Shown here: piece after piece, positions 13,993 through 28,945 of the stretch
Layout of the letters: each line of letters begins with the position of its first letter
Position numbering within the stretch: the first letter of the stretch is position 1
NCBI GenBank assembly: GCA_951406725.2
Contig: OX597824.1
Span: 63,860,001 to 63,924,000, forward strand
Length of the DNA stretch: 64,000 nt
Direction of reading: 5' to 3'
DNA from: Octopus vulgaris
Taxonomy: Eukaryota
Translations under genes and position numbers: made by a program
Notes under the pieces: generated by a model
Told to the model about the DNA's origin: nothing
The model's database searches: none
What the model saw: only the letters and a program-made list of their open reading frames with translations

Positions 13993-14079
<87 letters not shown>

Positions 14080-14688
14080 TCTTTCATAGGTGCAAACCCA
14101 CAGAGCTGGAGGGAAGGATCAGTCTATTAAAGTGATCCCGGTACTTAACTGGCACTTTGTATGAGTTCCCCACTAAAGAAAAATGGAAAGCAAAGTTGAT
14201 TCTTCAGCTGGACTTGAACTCAGAAAGTACAGAGTCAGGGCAAAATAATGAAGGAATTCCATCTGACACTCTAGAGATCTGCTAACTTATTACCATTATA
14301 TTAGTATCTAATAACGTCACATCACCACTTGTCCATAACTATTGCATCATCGGATAGTTATCTTCATTTAATTTAATTAATTATTAATACGCTACGCATC
14401 CTTAACGTCATGACCACTCACCACGACCTAATTCGTTCTTCATTTTGATTAACAAATACTTGTTCATACCTACTCATTCAAACACAAGGAACTATTAAAA
14501 TATATCTTCTTAGCCCCCCCCCATATATATATATATATATACTTTGTTTTACTCTTTATCCTTCTCTTCCTCTTTCTTAACCTTTCTTTGTGTCTGTGAA
14601 TGCGCACGTGGGAATGTGTTTTAAGTACAATGGTTTTGTAATGACGACAACTGTTCTCTCTAAATATCACAATTACACACACACACAT

Positions 14689-14741
<53 letters not shown>

Positions 14742-15790
14742 ATATATATATATATATATATATAAAGAGAGAGAGGGGGAGAGCGAGGAGCAGGAGGAGG
14801 GTGTGTGTGTACAAATATATGTATATATGTATATATATAAAACATACTGTAATGGAAATGACACGTAAAAAATTCAAGATATATTATTTTTCCTGAGCAC
14901 AGAAAGAGAGGTAGATAGGTAGGCAGGAAGACAGATGGACTGATTGATGGATAGACTGATTGATTGGTTTAAACTCTTTATAATATGCAAGACAGTAAAT
15001 CCGAAGCTATCCATCATAGGAAAAAAAAAACTTGTTTCTTGCAATTTCTTTCAATGCTATTTTGGTCGCAGATAATGGTTATGACAACGCTTCATGGCTA
15101 AGATTTTTTTTTTTCTTTTCTCCATTCTTTTTTTAAATCTTCGTTGATGGCATTATCTATCTACATGTGGAAGGACAATTCCAACTTCTACTCGAAATGA
15201 CTGTGAGGTTCTCGAAAAATATGATTTATGATTTTGTTTAAATGGTGATTATGAATTATATTAAATTTTACTAATGCATCTGTGCAGTCAAAAATAATTA
15301 TATTAAAAGTAATTACCTGAAAATAGAATGTTTAAAAGACGTGGATGTAATAAAAACTCCATATACTTAAGATAGACTTTAATAATACATAATGCTTCAT
15401 ATAAATTGTTTTTATATTTTATTAAGTTAAGACAATAAAAACTTTTTATATTTCATTGTTCAAGATTTGCTCAACATTATATTCTATTAAATTACTGGTG
15501 AGCCTGCAGCGTAAAAGTTACTACCAATCCCACGTATAATAATTGCGATTCATTTTCTTGTCTTATGGCCAGGAATGCGGAAAGTCTGAAGAATTTACTG
15601 AAGATACGTTATTTACTTTGGTTCATATACGAATGGCATTGCCGATAAAATCCCTTGAAAATGTTGTATCTAAACGGAGTAGAAATCGTGAACTTCATCA
15701 TTTCAGCAACTGATGTATGTGAGAGAAAATCATACTAGCAATAAACATAAATGAATAGTTTAACGGCATGTATATATGTGTATATATATA

Positions 15791-16718
15791 TCAGGTTGAG
15801 TAAGCAACATTTTGAACCATGAAGAATTTGTACCGGATTTGAATCTTTTCAAACATCTTTTGCAATTGTCTAATAATACAGACATAGACTTTCTCAAACG
15901 CATCGATACATTAACATTGATATTTTTTTCACCGTTGTTACAATTATCTGAAATGAAAATGTCAAAGCGCGATATTCGAGCAATTTTGCTATTCAACTTC
16001 AAAAGGGAATGTAAAGCAGCTGAAACTGTTTGCGATATCAACGAAACGTTTGGTGAGGAAATGACCAGTGAGTGGTCAGCTCAAAAATAGTTTAATCGAT
16101 TTCGCAGTGGAGACCTGAGTCTTGAAGATCGTGAGCGTAGTAGACGCCCATCTGTCAATTAAAGACCGTCATTGAGAAAGACCCCGTCACGAGAACTGGT
16201 AAAAGAACTTCAAGTTAGCCAGAAAACTGCCTGCAACCATTTGCATGCGATCGGAAAATCAAAAATGCTCGACAAATGGGTACCATACGATTTGAATGAA
16301 AATCAGAAAATGCGCAGATATGAAATTTGATCATCGTTTCTTCTCTGTTACCAGACCGATCCATTTCTCGACCGTATTGTAACTTGCGATGAAAAGTGGA
16401 TTCTGTACAATAATAAAAAACATTCTTCGCAGTGGTTGGACCAAAATGAAGCACCGAAAACCTTCCCTAAACCCGAGCTCTTCAAAAAGAAGGTTATGGT
16501 GACTGTTTGGTGGTGTACTGCTGGACTCATCCACTATAACGTCTAAAACTCGGAAAAACCATTACTGCAAAAATATATTGCCATGTGATTTCCAAAATGA
16601 ACGAAAAACTGCTACTCCTCCGTCCCAGACTGGTCAACAGAAGAGGGCCAATCATTCTTCATGACAATGCTCTACCACACGTTTCACTAATGGCGCTGCA
16701 GAAGTTGCGGGAACTTTT
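15791..16718 (+). pseudogene. Mariner (Hsmar1/Mos1-like) transposon, 3'-truncated, with disrupted transposase
   Basis: TA then TCAGGTTG end; ATG at 15953 MKMSKRDIRAILLFNFK, KWVPYDL (WVPHEL-like), IVTCDEKW, KKVMVTVWW, ILHDNA; stops and frameshifts; YSPDL region absent. Confidence 0.9.
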
Positions 16719-16804
16719 ACAGATCGTTCAGCAAAATGTTCAATGATGTTACGTCGTCTTCGACGGGAGAGTCCATCATATATATGCATATATATATATA
16801 TATA

Positions 16805-18591
16805 TAAACAATGAATTAAATAGAGAGATTCAGTTGACGATCCAATAATTTATTAATATTATAATATAATATAAATATACTATGAATATAATATAATATA
16901 AGATAACATAAAAAATTATTAAAAAACCAAGAGAGCCAACAATTTGTTTCGATTCATATACATTATTTGATTTAGAAACAATCCATATATATTTATATGT
17001 CTCTTGAAAGCTTTGATTTAAAGACAGACGAAATTCCGTGTGAAAGAATGGCTGGATTGTAAAAAAGAATAATTCAAATGCCTATGTTTATGAGCGTGAG
17101 TGTTAAAATTTCAATTACATAACATACACAATTAAAAAGAAAGCAACAAAATTATAACGGACAAAATATAATTTTGTTACTGCTGAAAGAATTGATAAAA
17201 TTTGGATATATACTATTTATAGTTCTTTATTTAATAAAAAAAAATAATGATTAGATCTTATTGTGGATAGGTACACAATCCTTGTTGTCGCTTATCTTAC
17301 TTTATTTTATTCACTGAGTTCTCCCTTCTATGATATACATATATAGGGACATTTACTCGTTAGTTACTCTGAGTAATCCTTATTTAAGTAACTACAAATA
17401 TGGTAACTTCTGAAAAATTAGTGATATTTTGATATACATTATTATAGCTTAACTCTATATATATGGGATAATATATGTTGTAATTATTGTAGCTCTAGGT
17501 TTCTCTTCATATTTACTACGAAATTCTCCCTCCGATAAACTAAGTAAATAAAGAACACTTTTTTGTTAGTTACTTTACACATTTTTCCTCTGTTTATATC
17601 AATAAAAGAGAAAAGTCGTCATTTATTACCAATATAATACTATATTATCATTTATATTTATTTACACGTTTTAGTACCGTCTCTAGATTAAGTAAGACCC
17701 TGATACTTAATTTATATACTTACTAGCAGTATCGCCCGGCGTTGCTCGGATTTGTAAGGGAAATAACTATATAAGCATTTTTAGAGAGTTATAGCCAAAA
17801 AATAGCAAACAAATGCATTAAAAATGGGAAAAAAATTATGGTAAATTTTTTTTTAAATCGTTGACTCATCGTAGACATTTTTGGAGAGTTACTTCCCTTA
17901 TATAATAGCGAAAAAATGCATTAAAATGGGAAAAAATTATGGTAATTTTTTTTTAAATCGTAGACTCATTGTAGACGCGCGCTAATACACAGAAGGGCTA
18001 GATATGAATCACGACTATAAGATACCCGGTTTTGGTTAAACTACACCGCAAAATGTGGGAGTAGTTAGGAATCTAAATCGTAGGAGACAGACATATTGCT
18101 GTTGTATGTTATTAGAATAGTCAAAGATTGTCTACGACCTAAATGAATTTGGATTTATATTATTTGAGATATATATATATATATTTCGATAGCTACAGAT
18201 TCTATTTATTTAATTATTTTGTCCGTTATAATTTTGTTGGGTTTTTTTTAATTGTAATTGTTATGTAATTGAAAATTTAACGCTCACTCTCATAAACATA
18301 GGCATTTGAATTATTTCGCTTTTATAATCCAGCCGTCCTTTCATAAGGAATTTCGTCTGTTTTTAAACCAAAGCTCTGAAGAGACATATATAAATTTATA
18401 TGAATAGTTTATAAATCAAATAATATATATAAGTCGAAAAAAATTGCTGGCTCTTTTGTTTTTTTAATAACTTTTTATGTTATCTTATATTATATTATAT
18501 TATATTATATTCATAGTATATTATGTTATATTCTAATATAAATAAATTGTTGGATTGTCAATTGATTCTCTCTATTTAATTTATTGTTTAT
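16805..18591. mobile_element. Long inverted repeat element (~370-bp arms, 16805-17175 and 18211-18591), Penelope pLTR-like
   Basis: Arms are diverged reverse complements; the right arm carries CTGAAGA-GAC...GTC-GAAA hammerhead-like motif. Confidence 0.7.
17721..18092 (+). mobile_element. Helentron/DINE-like element nested in the inverted repeat spacer
   Basis: Starts TACTAGCAGTATCGCCCGGCGTTGCTCGG, internal duplication, ends GAGACAGACA. Confidence 0.65.
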
Positions 18592-18723
18592 AAGTTGCAT
18601 TATACCCCTGTTTATGTAGTATTCAACTGATGTACCAGTAATCTGGATGTTTTACACACCCCGTTGAAGTAATTCCTTTCCTTGGTTTATTACTTTATAT
18701 ATATATATATATATATAAACCCG

Positions 18724-19072
18724 AACAAAAATGAGAAAAATCACATCTTTAATTTTTGACTACACCTTACATTACCCATGATTATTTCTATTGTGCCAGC
18801 ATAATTAGATATAATAAAAGGCACAAAATACCAGTAAAAGCAAACATATCCGAAAACTTTATGGTAGCACAAAGTTATTAAAGTAACATAAAACAGCTTT
18901 AAATTCAAAGAGAAGTGACATAATATCTATAATGCATCCTTTTTAACGTTCTTTTATATGCATTCATGTATAATACATATTATGTCAGTTATACACTGGC
19001 ACAATAGAAACGACCATCGGTAATGTATGGTGTAGTCATCAATCGAAGATGTGATTTTCTCCATTCTTGTTA
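18724..19072. repeat. Inverted repeat, ~80-bp arms, next to (TA)n
   Basis: AAAATCACATCTT...TTTCTATTGTGCCAG versus CTGGCACAATAGAAA...AAGATGTGATTTT. Confidence 0.7.
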
Positions 19073-19265
19073 ATGTTTTTCTATACTCCGGTTTTTTTGA
19101 AATTTTTGTAAGCGATATTTGGATTTACTCATCAGAATTACCATGGATGTTAATTATCTTTGAAATTATTAGCATTTGATTGGATGATGCAGTTAACTAA
19201 GTTCGCTTAATACTGAGTGCTTTCTAGATATCTGTCTGGATTTGTTAATCCCTTTTAACCACTTG

Positions 19266-19316
<51 letters not shown>

Positions 19317-22300
19317 TATCAGTTGGTGACAGTAAAGAAAAACATATGAACTTGAAAAATTTAAACTTTTCTAGCATGAGATATTTCCATTTACTTTCGA
19401 TTCTTCAGTGTTCGATGACTGTGTATGTGTATATGCATCTACGTGCCTAAGTATATGTGTGTGTGGTTGTGTGTCTCTGTATGTATTTTTATGAGATTAG
19501 ATTTTTCTCGAAGACATCAGAGTTCCCCTTGAATTATAGTTTCTTCCAGAACTAAAGATTGACTACAAGATAAAAAAAAATTGTCTTGGGTTGACTAAAA
19601 TTTTATGAGTAAAAAAGACGGAAACTGCATGGAAAAATGCCAAAAGGCTCGTTGCTGTACATTGATAGGTTTAAACCGCCACTCAGTTTTAAAACCTCTT
19701 TCTCGTTGTTGCTTTTATCGGAGGCCACTCTGTTGTCATTATTTGGACTAGTCTTCAATTTGCGGATAACTTATTTCCTTCTCTTCGAGTCCCAGATCCC
19801 TGGCTCGTGAGAAATGTCATACGATTATACTTTACCTCTATTCAGAGATCACATTGCCTTCAGAAGGTCAGATTGCCTTTAGAAACACAGCTGAGCGTTC
19901 GATGTTGTTAGCAGCACCGCGTCACATAAACTACTCCACTCTCAATGATACAGTTCAGTTCCTACTTTTGATAAGTGTTTTCTATTGTTGCTTTTGTAAT
20001 GTTTTCTTTTGTGGGGTTCTCGTTGTTTCATTATTCTCCCAGCTTTGCCTTGTCGAACACACATACGATTGAAAAGGCTTCTATTGTGACTATCTACTGA
20101 TTTTCTTACTTTTTTATGACACATTACCTAATGTATCCTTTTAAAACCTATTAGAGTATGATTTGAGGGAAATTTGGCTACGACATTTCGTAGGTCGCAT
20201 AAACAAGTAGAGGCCTCCCCTGCATGTATATCATTGATGTTAATATTTTAGGACTCGTTTTAGCATATTTGGATCAGTAGCTCCCACCTAATATGTCCCT
20301 GCATCTAAGTTTCTTGTTGTTGCACCTTAACCCCAGGTCACCTCTGAGTAAATCTACAAGAAAGACATTTCATTTATGACTGTTCCATCTTTTTTCCAAG
20401 CAAATGTTTCCATGTATAAATTATCGAAGGAAACCTTTCATTTGTTTTAGACAGGAGGATATTCGTTGATGAAAATTTAGCTGTTATTTCTAGCATATTT
20501 AGTGTCCCCCATGGGAGGACCCTTGTTAGCTTCTAGCTATGATCTCATTAGTAGTGGCCGCATTAATGGCATTTCTTAATAAGAATGTTTACATCAAAGG
20601 TTTTCTTTCAACTTGCTTTCTGTTAATATTTAGCAGAGCATGACTAAAAATCAAGTAAATTTCAGCTTGATCCATTAACAATCGGTTTTGCAACAGGTTT
20701 TCACCTTCCTTACAGCAATATTCAGCTTATTTTTGCAATTTATAAATAATTTATAAAACTTCAACAGTATTAACTGGCATGCAGTTCCCTCAGGCAATTG
20801 TCAACATCGTTAATTTAATAGTGTTTCCCCAACAGTATTGCAAACAGCTTAGCAATTTTCAAAAGATATCATGTATTTTTTCCGGTAAACTACGTTACTT
20901 CTGTATGATCAACTGCAACTAATTATGATAAAGTATATATAAGCAAGTTAAACTTGCACTAAAATTTCTCTGCACTAGAAAAAACACGATTTCGCCAACA
21001 TCTTAAAACTTCCCTGAGGAAAAACATGTAGCCTGAATAAATAGCATCTGAAATAGTATTTTCTGAAACGGAGCAGATTCAAAGAATTGACTGAAATTGA
21101 AATAATATTAAAATGGTTAAGGAAAATAGTGCAATGAAAGAATTGCTTCAGAAAAGAAAAGGGAAATTAAAATAAAATTTTTATATGAAAATATCCTGCA
21201 AGACTGAGTTTAAACGGAGAGCGGGAAATCGTGAATTCTTGATCCAGCTTTGTTATTGGTATTTCTAATCGGACAGCTTTAGCTACGTTGAATATTTCCA
21301 CTAGTTTCTGTCTATCCAAAGATGTGAAAAAATATAAACAAGCCAAGCAAAGAAACATTTATTATCTCCATTTGAATGCGTCTTTCAAGAGCTTCTGGGC
21401 CCATTGAATACTTTTAATAACACCCACATAAATACCTACATAATTAACAAAGCAACATCTTTAAAACTTTCTTAACATATGTGATGAGGCCTTTAAGAAA
21501 ATACTTAAGATTGTATTCAAATAACTGAATGTGTGGCCTCAAGGGGTTTTACGTTAGCAACAGTAAATTCCTTAAGCCCTGAAATGAGCAATATGGCGAC
21601 TACACATACGGAGATTTGTTGAACAGATGCTAAAAGTTGTGCATTTATCTTTCTTACTTCGCATATCAATGTTATAGACCGAAATATCACAGAGTAAACT
21701 GATAACTTTCTTAAAGGAGACTGACCGACTCAATAATAATACACTTGGCTTCTAAGCAGAAACTTCCTTATCTCTCATCTTCAACGTCATCATAACTAAC
21801 AGTAAAAAAAAGACATTTTTTTATAGTTTTGTTATTGATTTATTGCCGTTGTTGCTGGTATTGTTGTTTGTTGGTGGTGTTGCTGCTTTTGATACTACGG
21901 TAGGTTTTGCTGTTTTTTATTTTGATGTAATTACTGTTTCCTTTTTTTTTTTTTTTTTGAAAGCATGTAGCCTGGTGGTTATGGTGTTGGACTAACTGTT
22001 GTAAAATCGTGGTTTCAATTCCCGGGTTGTACACTGTGTTGTTTTCTTCAGCAAAACATTTCATTTCACGTTGCTGCTGTCTATTCAGCAGTAAAATAAG
22101 TTCCAGCAGTAGCTTGGAATTTAAACTTGCGTCAGACCAGCGCCCCTTTCGAGCACGAGTATAATGTTGTAATCTCAATCATTTATACGCCATGGAAAAC
22201 AGCTAAGGTCCTGTCTTATGAGCCTTGCATGCTTTATGAGGGCTCATAAAAGTCTAAGCAGTTTCCGTTAGATTGCAAGTCTAGCCTCATCGAGCACACA

Positions 22301-22389
22301 CACGTATCATCGAAAATATCCCTTCTTGATTCTCTCGAACTTGTTTAATATAGGCTTTATTATTCAAAACGGTGTTGGTTCACTATCAC

Positions 22390-22905
22390 AATACTTACAG
22401 CTTTAATACGTCGCGGAATTGACTCGTAAGCGCTCTGATCGGTCGTTAGGAGGATATCAAGCACTTCTAGTAAAAAATTCTTTCACTCTTTAAGCGACGA
22501 TGGCAGAGGTGGGGAGAGGATCCTCATTTCCTTCTCCAAAATGTGCCATATATGTTCGATTTTATTGAATAGTAAATTGGTGGGTGGGTGGGTGTGTGCA
22601 ATCTGAGTGGTGTATTTCACTCTTGTGCTTTTCGAACCAATGTTGTGTAACATTAGCTGTGTGAATTAGCGTATTACTTCGTCCTGGAAGATTGCGCTAC
22701 CATCACGGAAATTATTTGTACCATAGAATGGTCATAATCAGCCAAAATGCATTGATAATCCTCGACGTTAACTCTGCCATATAGAACAACTAAATATCCG
22801 AGAGAATTCTGTGAGATGGCTAGCCAAATCATCACAAAGTCACCACCATTCTTCATGGTAGGGATCAAACAGCCATAGACGAAGGATTCTTCGGGCTGTC
22901 TTCCT
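22390..22905 (-). pseudogene. Tc1-type transposase C-terminal relic
   Basis: [17 protein letters not shown] (PTVKHGGGSVMVWG-like), FQD..IHTA, NKIEHIWHILE and YESIPRRIKAV across frameshifts. Confidence 0.8.
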
Positions 22906-22992
22906 TTTTGCCTTTTGCCGAACCCCTAATTTACGGGGGACGATTGTCAACTGGTGGTGGGGGCAGAAACAGAAACACAAGCACATACACAC

Positions 22993-23076
<84 letters not shown>

Positions 23077-23085
23077 ATATATATG

Positions 23086-23133
<48 letters not shown>

Positions 23134-23781
23134 TGTATGTATGTATGTATGTATGTATGTATGTATGTATGTATGTATGTATGTATGTATGTATGGATAG
23201 GACGGCTTATTTCAGTTTCCGTCCACCAAATCCACTCATAAGGCTTTGGGAAGTAAGTTTCTTAACACAAAGGAACGCCTGCGCCTTGAAAATCCCCCTT
23301 GATCGAAAGCGGACTGGAGCAACGAGAAATGAAGTGTTTTCCTCAAGAAGACTACGCGCCGCCCTGTCTTGGAATCGAACCCACGAACTAGCGAACGCGA
23401 GTACAACAGCATAACCACTACGTCACGCGCCTTCATACTCACACACACCCTCAATTTTATCGGATTCAGCTGTGCATCGTTTACCAGCTAGAGGAGATGT
23501 CCTCTTGGGGTTAAAAAATCACACTAGAGTCCGCTCGAACTATCAGCCATGTTAAAGTGGCTATGAATATCCAAAACAAATACTAATTGAGCCATATTCT
23601 CTCATAAAAACAAGAATTCTAGAAATCCTATCAGAATCAAGACAATTGCAGCATCGCTCCGGGTCCTTCTATTTCAACTTCTGAAAATCAGAAAAGTCTG
23701 TGAAACCGGTTAAGTATTTAAAAATTAATAATTAACAAAATTCTAAACCAAGCCCAGTGAAATTTCAACTTCATTTGCATA

Positions 23782-23860
<79 letters not shown>

Positions 23861-23947
23861 GGCCTGTTTATAGAATTACGCCGGGTTTCTTGCCATAAAG
23901 AGTATCTTTATGGTGAGACACTCAGGTTAACCCTATAAACAAATCAC

Positions 23948-23983
<36 letters not shown>

Positions 23984-24129
23984 GCATAAATACATACATA
24001 CATACATACATACATACAGACAGACAGACAGACTAAAAGTGACGTACGCCGCTATATGTATATATAAAAAGCAAAACAAAAAATGGAACAAGAACATAAC
24101 AGGCGACAACAAAACATCCGGACAAATCA

Positions 24130-24197
<68 letters not shown>

Positions 24198-24831
24198 TTG
24201 CATATACATACTTATGAGTGGTGGGGTGGTGAGAGCGCCCGCGCCACGTAACGTATGCGTGGGTGAGTGCGCACAAGCAAAAACTCACACACATATATAC
24301 CTATAGACAAATAAGAAGGACAGATGATAAAAGAAATATTGATAAGAAATAGAGAAATTGTATTTCAACGATAGAAAGACTGATTTATGCTAAATGTCGC
24401 CATATTTTATCAGTTATTTACTTCTGATAATTATATGTAGCTAGTGCCATCAATTAACATGACTTTTTCGTTCCGCTAAACGAGCCGCCATACATATTTA
24501 CGTTTGTTGTCACGTGAGCAGGTTTCACTGCGTGTTTACATTTTAATGATACTTTTTGTTTCATTTATTCTTTTTATTGCTTTATTTTGATAATTGGTTT
24601 TATTTTATTTTTGCTGATTTATAAATAAACCAGATGTAATAGTTATTTTGTGGTCTTTATTTTGAACCTCAGTTTGATATATGTGTGTGTGAGTGTGTAT
24701 GTGTGAGTGCATGCATCCATACAGTGACACACACATGTACATACCTACATACATGTGCACCCACACACATGTAAATATATGTGTGTATGTGTGTCTATCT
24801 ACTTATCTATTTATCCATTTATATACATACA

Positions 24832-24837
<6 letters not shown>

Positions 24838-24888
<51 letters not shown>

Positions 24889-24913
24889 GTATGTATGTAT
24901 GTATGTAAGTATG

Positions 24914-24944
<31 letters not shown>

Positions 24945-24973
24945 GTATGTATGTATGTATGTATGTATGTATG

Positions 24974-25004
<31 letters not shown>

Positions 25005-25009
25005 GTATG

Positions 25010-25040
<31 letters not shown>

Positions 25041-25127
25041 GTATGTATGTATGTATGTATGTTTGTAAGTATGTATGTATGTAAGTATGTATGTATGTAT
25101 GTATGTATGTATGTATGTATGTATGTA
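24838..25127. repeat. (TATG)n microsatellite, representative of dozens of simple repeats in the window
   Basis: Direct observation. Confidence 0.95.
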
Positions 25128-26717
25128 GTGTGTCCATCTGAGTGCGTGTATGTGTCGCGCGCACACACACACGTAACATATATTCATTCATCCCTGCAGT
25201 TTCTATCAAACATGTCCATACGTTTGCGAACTTTCGCTGCTAATTACCACGGTAGCCATCATAATTCCATGCATTCGGTTCTTCATTAAACATTCTTTCA
25301 CTTTATACACTCACAAGCACAACCCAACGCGCCACAAACAAACATCACAGACATGCACATCATCATGCACACCACACACACACACACACACACTCACCAC
25401 ACGCATGCACTCAAACACACTTAAACACACAAGCACACACACACACCACGCACTCCACATACATATGCACATTCACATCACACATACATATACCACATGC
25501 ATGTGCATTCTTACATACACACACAAACACTCTCTCACACACTCTCACACACACTGATACTCACTTACAAACTCCTACACACACTCACATACTCTCTCAC
25601 GCGCACACAATCACACGAATACTCGCACACATACTCACACACACACTTACTAACGCTAATAGACGCACACTCATACACCCTAACACAACACTAACACAAC
25701 ACACTGACACATACACACACTCACTCACAGACACATACCCAATAACTCTAACAAAAAATTGTAAGATGAGCCAAAAATGCCTTTGAATTCCGAGAGGTAC
25801 TCTTAGAATTCAAGGAGTTGTGCCCCACCCGGAACCGTGTACCGAAAGAACTTTCCTGTTATAACCCTAGTACATATGTTTATAAACTTTTCCACAGTTT
25901 CGCCCCTCAACGCCAATCACTTCTGCACTCGAAACCTCGAATAAAAGATGTCTCGAAGTGACTGATCGGTTTGCTAGAAATAACAGTGGAATCTCCCTTA
26001 AATTATACCATACCATTTCTACAAAATAGGGCAGATTGGACAATGCAGTTTCTGATAACTGGAAAAGCGAGAGCGTCGTGGCTCAAATGCTTTTGATCGT
26101 ATTTTTGACCTGTTAGGAATAAGAACACCATATTTGAACATTTAACGTCAGGTTCACAAAATGTTCTAATTCCAACCACACCACATACATACAAGCATAA
26201 CAATTAACCAGAAATCTGAACTAATAGTCAAATTTTCCTCGAATCTTAACTAATAGTCAAATCCTTAAAGACATTCGGGATTTTATTGGAATAATATAAT
26301 TCTAGTTAGACAATGTCTCAAAGAAAACCTCCACACAGTGACAATTCTATCTATATTTCTAACACTGGATATCCAAGATTATATTATCCAATATATCTCA
26401 TTTTGGCAGTGATTGGATGGATATTAGACAGTAATTTCTAGGAGGTCAAGCGACTACGTAAAGGGCCACCACTTGTTGGTATGTTATTATCATCAAAGGA
26501 TATTTTTCTTGATTGACTCAGCCTTCTCGTCGCCTAATTTGAGTGCCCTCCCCTTTGCCTTTTTCTCCGACAGATAGTGCTGTATTGAGAGTAGGGTGCA
26601 TAAATGTATGTAAATTAGAGTCAGCTTGAAAGTTGAATCTGTTGTACAACGGCCTCAGGTCATTGGGTGTTGTTTCGGAAAGACTTGGAACTCAAGGTAT
26701 GATTAATTTTTCTGATA

Positions 26718-26980
26718 CACGGACGGGATGCTAAATGCACTTTTGCCGAAGGACAAGAAGCCGAAGCCAAGGAGCCGAACGGATATAAAGCCGAGAAGAC
26801 ATACGAAAATTGCAATATATGATGATCGTTTTATTCCTACAATATGACCACTCATATGGTCATTAAACTATGTAAGAAGGAATTTTTTTTTTATTCTGTC
26901 CGTTCGGCATCGTGTCTGTTCGGCTTCTTGGCTTCGGCTTCTTGTCCTTCGGCAAAAGTGCATTTGTCATCCTGTCCGCG
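26718..26980. mobile_element. MITE with ~75-bp TIRs containing GCCGAA subrepeats
   Basis: GGACGGGATGCTAAATGCACTTTTGCCGAAGGACAAGAAGCCGAAGCCAAG versus its reverse complement ending at 26977; TSD not resolved. Confidence 0.75.
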
Positions 26981-27049
26981 CACGATTTTTCTAGACCTGT
27001 ATGGTAGGTTTATAACATTGAACGTGTGCGGAAGCGAAGCTAGTGTGCA

Positions 27050-27104
<55 letters not shown>

Positions 27105-27459
27105 TTATATATATGTGTGTGTGCGTGTGTATGTATGTATGTATGTATGTTTGTATGTATGTATGTATGTATGTATGTATGTATGCATGTATGTATGTAA
27201 GTATGTATGCATGTATGTATGTAATTATACGTAATTGTAAGATCCAAGGTGTAGGAAGTTAGTAAGCATCGGGCAGTCCGTAATAAGTATAAAAAACAAC
27301 TTTCAGAAGCAATAATAGTTTATTGGCACGAAGGGGTGTAGGTTTTTTCCCATATCAAAGTTCGGAAACTGAAAAGAGATTTTTTTTTTTATAGTTCACG
27401 GTTAACATCTAAGTTTGCCATGGATGCGAATAAAGATCAAAATATGTGTGTATATATAT

Positions 27460-27770
27460 CACCATGATCACCGTGACCGAGAAGGCTATCAGATGTTGCT
27501 ACACATCGCTGGTCACAATGCGCTTTGCATTGTTTTAGCCTTCAAATGACGCCACCCAGCAGGCAAAGCGAGCAGGCCAAACAGAAGAAAGAGTGAGAGA
27601 AAGTTGTGGCGAAAGAGTACACCAAGGATCGCTACCACCCCGTGCCGGAGCCTCGTGCAGCTTTAGGTATTGTCGCTCAATAAACACTCGCAACGCCCGG
27701 TCTGGGAATCGAAACCGCGATCCTACGACCGCGAGTCCGCTGCCCTAACCACTAGGCCATTGCGCCTCCA
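27460..27770 (-). mobile_element. Family B-type SINE
   Basis: Head GGAGGCGCAATGGCCTAGTGGTTAGGGCAGCGGACTCGCGG on minus strand; similar to 7186-7482. Confidence 0.75.
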
Positions 27771-27771
27771 C

Positions 27772-27858
<87 letters not shown>

Positions 27859-27875
27859 CAGATACATAGATATCC

Positions 27876-27958
<83 letters not shown>

Positions 27959-28053
27959 GTTAATCCAAACATGAACAAAGAGAAAACGCAACAACGCGTG
28001 GACGTGGATCAAGTATAGTGATATTGGACGCTCAGGAAAGGAGAGAAAGGAGG

Positions 28054-28088
28054 ATTTAACGTTTCGAGCGGAGCTCTTCGTCAGAAAC
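28054..28088 (-). ncRNA. Minimal type I hammerhead ribozyme motif in a Penelope-like repeat
   Basis: Reads GUUU-CUGACGA-A-GAGC-UCC-GCUC-GAAA-CGUU-AAAU: intact core, stem II, palindromic stem III, short stem I. Confidence 0.6.
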
Positions 28089-28233
28089 ATAGAAAAAGGA
28101 AGAGTCCAAGGAAAGGAAGACGGAGAAAGAAAATCGCCAACGATACACACGCGGTCGCATATTGAACACACACACACATATATATGTGTGTGTGTGTGTG
28201 TATGTGTATGTATGTATGTATTATGTATGCATG

Positions 28234-28273
<40 letters not shown>

Positions 28274-28628
28274 TATATATGTGTATATATATATGTATAT
28301 GTAAGACACCCGCTGTTTTTGTCCTGTTATTACTATTCTTGTCTTTTATTTTTGTTGTTTGTATTTATATTCGTGTAGCATCGTCCGTTTTTTTGTCCTT
28401 GTTTCGTATACATTCGATCCTTTTTCCAAGAAATCTAATGCTCGTAGCTTAGTTTTTCCTTGGGGCTGGCCGGATCGGAGCGATCTCAGGATTAATCAGC
28501 CGAAATTGCGAGGATGATCCGGTTCCTGACTGAAGATTAGAGGCTTCGAATGACCCGTCCGTTTTTTGTGTCGTCTCTTTGTGTGTTTTGCGTTCTTGTC
28601 CCATTTTGTATTTCTATATATAAGTTTT

Positions 28629-28698
<70 letters not shown>

Positions 28699-28896
28699 AT
28701 ATTACGTCGTCAAAGATCTTACTGTTATTTCAAATTTCCAATTTAAGTTTTACAGCTGTTACAATACAAACATTATCACTGGTATTTACACTGAAGTAAT
28801 AATAAAGATGTTATTCGAATTTTTATATATGAGATAGGTTAAAAATAGAGTTTTTAAATTCATTTTGTATACATACATACATACATACATACATAC

Positions 28897-28945
<49 letters not shown>

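Noticed and set aside
27700-27770. tRNA gene-like sequence (also 7410-7482 and 40655-40700)
   Set aside because: SINE heads continuing into repeat bodies; no complete cloverleaf
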